Below, piece by piece: positions 11,276 through 20,250 of a stretch of 56,382 bases of DNA. The notes below the pieces were generated by a model, which did no database searches, was not told the DNA's origin, and saw only the letters and a list, made by a program, of their open reading frames with translations. How positions within the stretch are numbered: position 1 is the stretch's first letter; each line of letters opens with the position of its first letter. The position numbers and the translations under genes were made by a program. Origin of the DNA: Prorocentrum cordatum (lineage: Eukaryota); contig CAUYUJ010000093.1 in the NCBI GenBank assembly GCA_963575745.1, positions 62,001 through 118,382 of the forward strand, written 5' to 3'.

Positions 11276-12250
11276 ATGGCACCTCAGTGGCAGTGCGTTT
11301 GTGGAGAGTACCACGCGGCCGACCGCACCCGTTGCACGAAGCCTGGATGCGGCGGCATGCGACCTCGCTTTCCACGTGGAGCTGGGCAGCCCTGGCAGCA
11401 ACCTTGGCAGCTTCGTCAGCCTCCCACCCGTGGCAAGTGGGCTGACTCGCCGCCGAGCAACCAGTGGGGTCACAACGGCAAGCTCTTCAAGGGCAAGGGT
11501 GCTGGTGGCGACAAGGGCTCCACGGGCACCACCCTCAGCGCGGAGCAGGTCAAGGTTTGGGCCACGTTCGGGCAGGAGACGTGGGAAGCGACTAAGCTCA
11601 CCCTCACGCAGTCCTCTCGTGGGAAGGTTGAGGCTGCTCGTCGCGCTCATTCTCTCGGTCTGGTGGGGAGGTCGGCACCTCAGAAGGTGGACGGACTTGC
11701 TCGCCAGCTCGCGGATGCCCAAGATCGGCTTCAGCGCGATTCGGAGGTGGCTCGCAAGGCGCTGGAGCAGGTGCACACGACGAAGGTGGTCATCGCGCAG
11801 CTGCAGCAGGAGCTCGCGGAGGCCAAGCGAGAGGCGGCCGCGCTCTACGGCGGAGGCATCAGCCCTGACGCGATCAAGGAGAAGCTCGGCTCGCTCAACA
11901 CCGACGGTGTCTCTGGCCAGGACCTCCTCGAGCAGCTCTCCAAGATGGTCAACGAGCTCGCCGAGGAAGCGAAGGCAGCTCGCCCGCAGGGCGGGGCTCC
12001 CGCCGCTGCAGGCGGCGCCGCGCCCGCCCCCGAGCCAGCCGCCGCCCAGCCTGGCGGAGGTGAGGCCGCAGCGGCGCCCGCAGCAGGCGCGGCGCCAGCA
12101 GGGGACGGTGCGGGCTTCGACGCTTTCCTGGGCGGGGAGGATCCTGGTGGGCTTCTTGGCAGCTGCGGCGATGACGACGAGCAGCGCAAGAGGATCCGCG
12201 ATGCCCTGGATGTCCTGCGGTCCGCCAAGAAACCGCGGACCTCAGGGTAG
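11276..12250 (+). CDS. LINE ORF1: N-terminal RanBP2-like C4 zinc finger, coiled coil, basic C-terminus (324 aa)
   Basis: MAPQWQCVCGEYHAADRTRCTKPGCG; heptad-like LARQLADAQDRLQRD...IAQLQQELAEAKRE; ends AKKPRTSG*; strongly G/C-ending codons. Confidence 0.85.
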   Translation: MAPQWQCVCGEYHAADRTRCTKPGCGGMRPRFPRGAGQPWQQPWQLRQPPTRGKWADSPPSNQWGHNGKLFKGKGAGGDKGSTGTTLSAEQVKVWATFGQETWEATKLTLTQSSRGKVEAARRAHSLGLVGRSAPQKVDGLARQLADAQDRLQRDSEVARKALEQVHTTKVVIAQLQQELAEAKREAAALYGGGISPDAIKEKLGSLNTDGVSGQDLLEQLSKMVNELAEEAKAARPQGGAPAAAGGAAPAPEPAAAQPGGGEAAAAPAAGAAPAGDGAGFDAFLGGEDPGGLLGSCGDDDEQRKRIRDALDVLRSAKKPRTSG

Positions 12251-15200
12251 TCACCCTCGCGGGCGCTGGTGGACAGCTCTCTCCATCAACGTCAACGCGT
12301 ACAGCAGGTTCGAGAGCATTCTTGGCTACGAGAGTCTCAGGAGTTGCGACCTCGTCGCGGTCCAGGAGACGCACTTGTCTCAGGAGCGGTGCTGTGAGGT
12401 CACCGACAAGCTGCAGGGACCGGGTTGGCATGCGGTTGCCACGCCAGCTACAAACGTCTCTGTTGGGCATGCTGGTCACGGTGGACTCTTGCAGCTGGCG
12501 CCCAGGTCCTCGGGCCTAGGCGAGTTCGAGGCTGGGCAGCCGACGGTGCTCACGCCAGGTCGCGCGGCTGTCGCGCATGTAGCAGGCCCCTTCCCTGGGG
12601 GGCTGGCTTGGATCAACGTCTACTTGAAGGTTGGCGAAGGCCTCTCGGCTTTCAACCTTGGCATCCTGGACGGCATCGCGATGGCGATTCGCGCCATTGG
12701 CAAACCCTTCGTGATCGCGGGGGACTTCAACATGGAGCCCCACGAGCTCCAGTGCTCGGGCTTTCTCGAGCGCGTCGGAGGCAAGGTGGTCTCGCCAGCG
12801 GACGGCACCATTCGGCCATCGGGCAAGGTGATAGACTACTTCGTCATCTCTCACGTGATCTCGGACCCGCATGCGGAGATCAAGCTTGGGTGGGATCTCT
12901 CTCCTCACTTCCCCGTCGAGCTCAGGTTCAACGCCAGCTCGGTCAACAGGTACATGCAGGTCATGAAGGGCCCCAAGAAGCTCCCATACCCTCTACCCAA
13001 GGCGTGCTGTACCGAGGACCACTCCCAGATGTGGACGGAGGTGCGCGGCCGCATGGCGGCTGCTTCTTCGCTGGACAACATGTGGCAGACCTTCATCCAC
13101 AGCGCCGAGTGGTACTTGCTGGACGCCATCGGCCTAAAGCACGCTTATCACGAGTTTGCTGGACGTGAACGGCGGCCCAGGCTGGCCGTAGTCAAGGTGC
13201 TCAAGCCGTCGGCGCCCAGGTTGCCGAGGATGACCGCCACCACCTCCTGGAGCAAGAGCGTGGCTATCGCGCTCAAGGACGCTGCGCAGATCGACCTCGA
13301 GCTGAAGAGGCATGGGGCGCTGAGGGCGCTCGATCGTTTGTGCAGTGCTCAACCCGATTTTCGGGCCGACTCCAGGCAGGAGACGGCGCAGGCTCACATT
13401 ACCTTGCTGGGCTTCGCGCAGGCGGCGCAGGTCATGGATCTGCCCCAGCTGCAGGTTGCGAGCTTCATCGCCACCACCATGGCAGACAAGCTTGTGCAGC
13501 GGGACGTAGACAAGGCGAAGGCTGGATGCGCAAACTGGATCGCCGAGAACCACGCTAGAGGGACGGGGGCCCTCCACTCCTGGACCAAACCTCCGCAGGG
13601 TTGGCAAGCGAGGCCCTCTGGAGCCCCAGGGAGCGAGCCTAGGACGCTCTCTCAGACGGTCCAAGCCCTGGTGAAGGAGTGGTCAGGATACTGGGGAGTG
13701 GGGCCCCCCACGCCGCTGGGGGGCGAGCTCGCGAAGGCGCCGCTCGAGTGGCCAGCTGATCTTGGCGAGCGCCCTGCCAGGCCGTCGGTGAGCGAGATCA
13801 GGGCGGTCATCGCCACCTTCAGGGACTCCAGCGGCTCGTCTTTCGACGCGCTGCGCCCGCACGAGCTGGGCGTGCTCGACGACGCTGGCATCGAGGCGCT
13901 CATCGACTTGCTGGTCGCCATCGGGCTGCAGTGCGACTGGCCCTCCTTCGTCACCAAGCTGGCCTTCATCCCCAAGTCGGATGGGGGCCTCCGACCAATC
14001 GCGCTGCTGGGCGCGGTGGTCCGCATCCACGGCAGGCTCCGCAGGAACATCGCGAAGGCCTGGGAGGCGTCGCACGACAGGGACTACTGGTGGGCCAGCT
14101 CGGGCAAGAGCTGCGACAGGGCAGTGTGGCAGCAGATGGCTCGAGCAGAATGGGTCCAGATGATGGGCGAGCTGAACAGGGGCCAGGACTGGGCCTCGGC
14201 GTCGATCATGATGGACTTGTGGAAGGCTTTCGAGCAGATCCTGCACGGCAACCTGGTGCAGGCGTGTGTCCAGCACAACTTTCCACTGTGGCTGGCCAAG
14301 CTGCAGGTCTCACTCTACCGTCTCCCTAGGGTTATCAGCCTGGAGACGTGCTGCTCTGACGAGCTCACGGTTATGCAGACGGTGCTGGCTGGGGATGCTT
14401 TCGCCACTACCTTCATGAAGGTCATGCTCCTCTCGCCCCTCGACGAGATGAAGATCGCCTGCCCGACGGTGGTCCCCGCTGTCGTGGTCGACGACGTCGT
14501 GCTGCAGCGCTGGGGGGGAGTGAAGCGCGTCGCCAAGGACCTTACCATGGCCGCCAAGGCGGTGGTAAAGGGGTTGGCGAAGGTTCACCTGTCCGTTGCC
14601 GTCAAGAAGTCGCGCGTGCTGGCCGGCAGCAAGGGCCTGAGGGCCACTCTTCAGAAGCACCTGGGCTCGACCACGGGCGCGATCAGTGTCAGGGAGGTGC
14701 GCAACCTCGGCATCGACTACACGGAGGGCGGCAGGCGGTCTAGCGTAGTCAGGCGGCACCGCATTGCTCAGAATCGTCTTCGCCTTCCTCGAATCCGACG
14801 GCTGCTGGGCCTTCGTCGAGGCAGAGCCGCAGCGGCTAAGATTGTCTCGACAGGCTTGGCTCCCAGCCTTTTCTATGGCATCAACTGTACGGGGCTCAAC
14901 AACACGGAGTTGCAGCAGGCGCGCAGCATTGTGCGGCATGCTATCGAGCCGAAGCCCCATGGGAAGTCGCTCACGGCGTGTTTGCTGGTGGGGGGCTCTC
15001 CCACCATCGACCCCCTCTTCGAGGCGACGCTGGCACCCTGCTTCACGCTGGCGCGCGCTGTGTGGGAGAAGTGGTTGCCGCTCGCGCAGCTCAGGCCGGC
15101 CTTCGAGTGGGCTGCGAGCTCGGCCACCTGCTGGGCTGATGTGCGTGGGCCGCTTGGTGCTGTGGTCATGTCGCTTAGGAGGATCGGCTACGACCCCAAG

Positions 15201-16559
15201 GCGCTGGACTGCATTGTCAGGCCGAACGGCACGATCATCAACCTGCTGGAGGTTTCCCCCTGGTACGCCAAGCAGTGCATCACGCTAGATGTGAAGTCGT
15301 GGCAGATGAAGCTCCTGGCCGACGGCACTCACGATGACGTTCGCAGTGGCATCTTTGTTTCGCAGTTGCGGCGATGGTTCGCCAAGGGCGTGGGGAGCTC
15401 CAACCTGGCCAAAGACTGGGAGCCGCTCAACAGCAGCCAGCGAGGGTACGCGCGCTCGGTCTTCGTCCTTGGGCAGTGGGCAAACAGCAGGCGGTACCAC
15501 GGTGCCCCGCGGTTCTCTCACACGCCGTGCTGCCAGTTGCATCCTGAGCAGCCTGGCACCCTCTGGCACAGGCACACCGCCTGCCAGGACAGCTGGCCGA
15601 GCCTGGCGCTCCCAGCCGAGATCAGCAAACTCGTTCCCTTCAGCACCAGCGTGACCATCACCACGCTCCTCGAGAGGCTGGTCCTCCCCGAGCCTCTCCA
15701 CACGTGGCGCCCGCCAGGCGACGACCTCCTCGCGCACGTGCAGTGGCTCAAGGGCGGAGACGGCTTCCCGTTCTCCAACACCACGGTCTACTCCGACGGC
15801 GCTGTCTACGAGGCTGGGATCTCGCTGGCGGTGGGGGCCTGCGGCATGGTGCAGCTGCCCGACGGCGGCGACGACTGGGATCCTGGGCCCGAGTCGGCCG
15901 TCAAGGCCCTGGGCACGCCTTTGCCTGGGCCTTTGCAGTCCATTGACGGGGCCGAGCTCCTGGGATGCCTGGTGCTTCTCCGCCACAGCCTGCCTCCGAT
16001 CACAACGGCCTTCGACGCCTCGTACGTCACCAACGGCCTGACGGTGAGGGGCGAGGCCGGCACCACCAAGGCGACCTCTGCCTGGGGGTGTGTATGGCGG
16101 CGCGTCTGGGCGGCACTGGACGACTTCGGTGGCATTGGGCCCCAGGGGCTCACGATTCAGAAGGTGAAGGCGCACGCCACGGTGGCCATGGTCCAGAACG
16201 GGGACATCACTGCCCGCGACAGGCGAGGCAACTGGGAGGCCGATCGTGCGGCGAAGGTGGTTGCAGCCGCAGTGAGGGCGCCGCTCGAGCTTCGCGAAGC
16301 CTGGCAGCGGCGGTCGCTCACTCTCGACGGCGTCGTGCACTGGGTCGCGCGCGCGGGGTGCGAGGCAGCTGGACATCGACCCGAACTGCAAGCCGATTCA
16401 CAAGGGGCCGCCTCTCAGCATCACCAGGCACGATGTGATCAAGGTGGCTGGGGGCGGAGTCCATTGCAGGGCCTGCCTCACGACGGCCTACACCGACCTC
16501 AGCATCAAGCGGCTGCTCAAGGATCCGTGTGTGGGCAAGCCGTTTGCGCCCGTGGCTAG
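12201..16559 (+). CDS. LINE ORF2 polyprotein: AP-like endonuclease, reverse transcriptase, zinc knuckle, RNase H (start may be ATG 11154, 12201 or 12210)
   Basis: APE: SINVN, VAVQETH, INVY, IAGDFN, IDYF, SPHFPV. RT: FIPKSDGGLRPIALL, DLWKAFE, QTVLAGDAFA, VVDD, VRNLGID. CQLH...TLWHRHTAC knuckle. RNase H: YSDG, GAELLG, FDASYV, KVKAH, GNWEADRAAK. Confidence 0.93.
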   Translation: MPWMSCGPPRNRGPQGSHPRGRWWTALSINVNAYSRFESILGYESLRSCDLVAVQETHLSQERCCEVTDKLQGPGWHAVATPATNVSVGHAGHGGLLQLAPRSSGLGEFEAGQPTVLTPGRAAVAHVAGPFPGGLAWINVYLKVGEGLSAFNLGILDGIAMAIRAIGKPFVIAGDFNMEPHELQCSGFLERVGGKVVSPADGTIRPSGKVIDYFVISHVISDPHAEIKLGWDLSPHFPVELRFNASSVNRYMQVMKGPKKLPYPLPKACCTEDHSQMWTEVRGRMAAASSLDNMWQTFIHSAEWYLLDAIGLKHAYHEFAGRERRPRLAVVKVLKPSAPRLPRMTATTSWSKSVAIALKDAAQIDLELKRHGALRALDRLCSAQPDFRADSRQETAQAHITLLGFAQAAQVMDLPQLQVASFIATTMADKLVQRDVDKAKAGCANWIAENHARGTGALHSWTKPPQGWQARPSGAPGSEPRTLSQTVQALVKEWSGYWGVGPPTPLGGELAKAPLEWPADLGERPARPSVSEIRAVIATFRDSSGSSFDALRPHELGVLDDAGIEALIDLLVAIGLQCDWPSFVTKLAFIPKSDGGLRPIALLGAVVRIHGRLRRNIAKAWEASHDRDYWWASSGKSCDRAVWQQMARAEWVQMMGELNRGQDWASASIMMDLWKAFEQILHGNLVQACVQHNFPLWLAKLQVSLYRLPRVISLETCCSDELTVMQTVLAGDAFATTFMKVMLLSPLDEMKIACPTVVPAVVVDDVVLQRWGGVKRVAKDLTMAAKAVVKGLAKVHLSVAVKKSRVLAGSKGLRATLQKHLGSTTGAISVREVRNLGIDYTEGGRRSSVVRRHRIAQNRLRLPRIRRLLGLRRGRAAAAKIVSTGLAPSLFYGINCTGLNNTELQQARSIVRHAIEPKPHGKSLTACLLVGGSPTIDPLFEATLAPCFTLARAVWEKWLPLAQLRPAFEWAASSATCWADVRGPLGAVVMSLRRIGYDPKALDCIVRPNGTIINLLEVSPWYAKQCITLDVKSWQMKLLADGTHDDVRSGIFVSQLRRWFAKGVGSSNLAKDWEPLNSSQRGYARSVFVLGQWANSRRYHGAPRFSHTPCCQLHPEQPGTLWHRHTACQDSWPSLALPAEISKLVPFSTSVTITTLLERLVLPEPLHTWRPPGDDLLAHVQWLKGGDGFPFSNTTVYSDGAVYEAGISLAVGACGMVQLPDGGDDWDPGPESAVKALGTPLPGPLQSIDGAELLGCLVLLRHSLPPITTAFDASYVTNGLTVRGEAGTTKATSAWGCVWRRVWAALDDFGGIGPQGLTIQKVKAHATVAMVQNGDITARDRRGNWEADRAAKVVAAAVRAPLELREAWQRRSLTLDGVVHWVARAGCEAAGHRPELQADSQGAASQHHQARCDQGGWGRSPLQGLPHDGLHRPQHQAAAQGSVCGQAVCARG

Positions 16560-17208
16560 CGGCGCGAGGCGCAAGCCTGCCGCGTCGGCGTTGGCTTCTG
16601 CGGGCGCTGTGGCTGTGGCGCTGGCGGCGGCTCGCAGGCTCGAGCAGGAGGCTCAGAGCGAACAGGACGACGAGCTCGCGGCGGTCCCCGAGCCCGAGCC
16701 CCAGCCAGCTGCGCCGAGCCCCGTCGGCGCCGCGCGTGAGCCACCAGCTGTGGGTACGCGGGCGCTGCGACGCCCTGAGGCGGAGGCGGCAGGCGGTGGC
16801 AGCAGCAGCAGCAGCAGCGGCCAGGACCCTTCGCCTGGTGCTGCCCTCCTGCGCGCGGTGGCCGCCGCCCGTGCTGCGCGCGAGGCTCAGGCCGCGGCGG
16901 CAGCGGCTCCCGCCGACGGCCAGGCGGGCGCAGGCGCCGAGGCCGCCCAGGACGCCATGCAGGTGGACGAGCCTGGGGGGTCAGGCACCCAGGAGGCTGA
17001 TGGGGCGGGCCACGCGCTGCTCAGCATCAACGGCTTCAGGGTCTGCACGCGGTGCAAGGCCTACGCGAAGGAGGTCAACGGCAAGCACAGGACGCTCGGC
17101 AAGACGTGCGTCGCGGCCTCAGGCAACGCGCTACGCTTGCGCAACCTGAAGGTCGCCAACATCAGGGCAGGCTTGGACCCGAAGACGGGCAAGCGCCTGA
17201 GTGGATGA
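16360..17208 (+). CDS. Probable true C-terminus of ORF2 in the +1 frame, with two His/CxxC zinc-binding modules
   Basis: +1 frame is open from 16276 and G/C-ending codons switch to it near 16360; HDVIKVAGGGVHCRAC...PC and HALLSINGFRVCTRCKAY...TC flank an Ala/Pro/Glu linker. Confidence 0.75.
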   Translation, partial: ARQLDIDPNCKPIHKGPPLSITRHDVIKVAGGGVHCRACLTTAYTDLSIKRLLKDPCVGKPFAPVASGARRKPAASALASAGAVAVALAAARRLEQEAQSEQDDELAAVPEPEPQPAAPSPVGAAREPPAVGTRALRRPEAEAAGGGSSSSSSGQDPSPGAALLRAVAAARAAREAQAAAAAAPADGQAGAGAEAAQDAMQVDEPGGSGTQEADGAGHALLSINGFRVCTRCKAYAKEVNGKHRTLGKTCVAASGNALRLRNLKVANIRAGLDPKTGKRLSG

Positions 17209-17892
17209 GTTGGGGAGCGCCTTCGGTGGTCTGGGCCTTTTCAGGCTCGGCACGGGGTGGATGGTGGCTCGCGTGGCCGCCTCACCTGACGGCGCACACC
17301 CCAGAGGCGTGGCAAGTGCGCGGCAACGATGAGGCCGCTGTTTGCGGAGCCTCTTGGGCCGCATTTTGGGGCTGTCGCCTCCTTGCCCGCCTGGATCGGC
17401 TCGTGCTGCGCGAGCCGCTCTGGTCATTAAAAAAAAAGTGGCTCCAATCCGAGGTGTTTTACGTCTGTTCCTATAGATTGGGCCTCTCCTGAGGCACGAA
17501 TCCCCACCAGGAGGCTCGAGGAGTCTCCAGGAGGCCCCAGGAGGTCACACGAGGCCCCAGGAGCCTTCAGGAGGCCACAGAAAGCCGAGGTCGCAGGAGG
17601 CTCAAGAGGCTCCAGGAGGCCCCAGGAAGCCCCGGGAGATTTCAGGAGGCCCCAGGAGGCCCCAGGCGCATGCGCAGAGACGGACTCGCACTACTGAGAC
17701 TCATTTGCACTCCAACTCGTTCACAGTTAGATTCACTCCTAGACCGTCAAAACTCAAGCCCGTTTATACTCGAAAGCTCTTGCGCCTACGCACTCACGGC
17801 GGACAGGTCCGTGCTAATAGATGCACATATGGGGAGCTTCACGCAGTCAACAATGTATTGATGAGCAAATCTTGTTGTGCTTATCCCCGCCA

Positions 17893-18920
17893 TCCTGTAG
17901 TGTTGGGTCCTCGTTTTCAAGAGACAGCGCCCCGCGTTGCTCACATCCCGCCCTGCCCTCCCTCTGCCCCTCCCTCCTTCCATCCCAGCATCTGCCGTCC
18001 GCATGTCAACCACTTCGGCGCACCTCTCACGCGTTTTGTGACCCCTTAGGGGGCTCCACCGAAGGCCTCAGCGGCGACGTTCGCATGTGGGCGTCACGCA
18101 CGTTTCGGGACAACACTCACACTTTTCGTGGCCCCATAGTGGGCTCCCGCTGAGGCCCCAGTGGCGACGTTCGCATATGGTCGTCACGCTTGTTTCGGCA
18201 CACACACACACACACCTCACGCGTTTCGTGGCCCCACAGGGAGATTCACCTGAAGCCCCAATGACGACATTCGCATGTGGGCGTCACGTCCGTTCCGGCA
18301 CACCCCTCGCGCGTCTTGTGACCCGACATGGAGTTCCACCTGATGCCCCAGCGGTGTGGGCGCCACGCCCGTTTCGGCACACCCCTCACACGCTTCGTGG
18401 GCCCACAGGGCGCTCAACTCAACATCCCAATCGCGACACTCGCACGTGGGCGCCGAGTCCGTTTCGGCACACCACTCACACGCTTCGCGGGCCCATGGGA
18501 AGCTCAACCTGAGGCCCCAGTGGCGACGTTCGCACGTGGGCGTTACGCCCGTTGCGGCACACCCCTGACGCGCTTCGCGGCCCCACAGGGGGCTCCACAG
18601 AGGGCCCCAATTGCCACGTTCGCATGCGGGCGTCACGCTCGTTTCGGCACAATTCTTGCGCGCGTCGTGGTTCCACAGGGGGCCCCCAGTGGCACAGTGC
18701 GCACGCGGCTCTCCCTGTTTCGGCACGCCCCTCACGCGATTCGCGGCCTCCATAATGAGTTCCGTCGACGGCCCTACTGGCACGGTCCGCATGAGGCCCC
18801 CATCCCCCCGCCCCCATTTCGGTATGCTCCTCGCGCGCTTCGTGCCCCCACGGGGAAATCCACCGAAGACAATACTCGCAACTGCGGTACTGACAACTGC
18901 ATATGGTTAGGTCCTTCGCT
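17893..18920 (+). repeat. Complete family A satellite cassette
   Basis: 5' CCTGTAGTGTTGGGTCCTCGTTTTCAAGAGACAGCGCC; ~75-bp units; 3' ACAACTGCATATGGTTAGGTCCTTCG. Confidence 0.9.
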
Positions 18921-18968
18921 AGGATACTTTTCTTGTTTTTTGTTTTTTTTGTTTTTCTAAAGCTCTGT

Positions 18969-20250
18969 CCTGTGGTGTTGGGTCCTCGTTTTGAATCCGC
19001 AGCGATCCGCGTCCTTTCCAGGTCCTCCAAGTGCTCCTCCCTCCTGCCTCTGCCCTGGCACACACCCCTGCCCCGCTCTTCAAGCCCCAGACGGAGCCCC
19101 ACAGAAAGCCAACATGAAAAAGTCTACATGCAATCGGGGGCTCATTTCGCTGGCCTTTGCCACGCTTTTCACGCCCCATCCAGAGTCCCGCAGAAGGCCA
19201 ACATGAGAAGGTCCGCATGCAGTCGTGGGCCCATTTCGCTGGCCCCTGCAGCGCTCTTCGGAACCCATATGGAGCTCCAGAGGAGGCCAACAGTAAAGAG
19301 TCCGCATGGAGTCGTGGGCTCATTTCGCTGGCCCTTGCCAGGCTTTTCAAGCCCCATATGGAGCTCCGCAGAAGGCCAGCACCAAGAAATCCGCACGCAG
19401 TTGTTGGCTCATTTCGCTGGCCCCTGCCACGTTTTGAACATCCGCATGGGGTCGTGGCCTCCTTTCGCTGGCCCCTGCCGGGCTGTTCAGACCCCACAAG
19501 CAGCTCCACAGAAAGCCGACATAAACCGGTCCGCATGCAATCACTGACTCGTTTCACTTGCCCCTGCAACGCTTTTCGCCCCCCATGAGAGCTCCACAGA
19601 GGGCCGAACTCGAAACGTCCGCATGCAGTCGTGGGCTCATTTCGATGGCCCCTGCCACACTTTTCAAGCCCCATAAGAGCTCCGCAGAAGGCCGACATGA
19701 CAGAGTCCGCATGAAGTTGTGAAGTCACGTCGCTCGCCCCTGCCATGCTTGTCAAGGCCCATAGGAGCTCTTCACATACCGAACAGACAAAAACGCATGC
19801 AATCATGGGCTCAATTCATCATTTCGCTCACCCTGACCGCGCTAATCCCGCTGGCTCCTAACACGTTGTTCAGGCCTCATAAGGAGATCCAAAAGAGGCC
19901 CGAATGACAAAGCTCATATGCCTGACCACGCCCATTTGCGATCGCCCCTGTCATGTTTTTTAGGTCCTGCCCTCTGTCTCCAAATCGGCACACCCTTCAC
20001 ACGTGTCGTGCCCTACAATGATCTCCCCTTCCTTCGGCCCACCTGCCCTGCGGCATGCGCAACTGCATCTGGTTGAATCGTTTCGCGGCCCTCGTCGGGA
20101 ATTCCACCGACTGCCTCAATGGCATGGTCCGCGTGAGCCCCCCCCAATTTCGGCATGCTCCTCGCGTAATTCGTGCCCCCACTGGGAAGCCCAACGAAGA
20201 CCAGACTCACAGCTGCGTTTGTCACAACTGCATTTGGTTGGGTCCTCTTC
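18969..20250 (+). repeat. Cassette with family A termini but a different ~79-bp internal unit
   Basis: 5' CCTGTGGTGTTGGGTCCTCGTTTTG; unit resembling GAGCTCCACAGAAGGCC...GTCCGCATGCAGTCGTGGGCTCATTTCGCTGGCCCCTGCCA; 3' ACAACTGCATTTGGTTGGGTCCTC. Confidence 0.85.

Larger units (their letters stand above)
11125..17437 (+). mobile_element. Full-length non-LTR retrotransposon (LINE; APE-RT-RNase H) with 5' DinoSL, poly(A) tail and 13-bp TSD
   Basis: TSD GTGGCTCCAATCC at 11112-11124 and 17438-17450; A9 at 17429-17437; SL at 11127-11148; ORF1 and ORF2 domain motifs. Confidence 0.95.

Noticed and set aside
15285..16391. 368-aa antisense ORF within the LINE
   Set aside because: A typical antisense shadow of a GC-rich coding strand, with no recognisable motifs.
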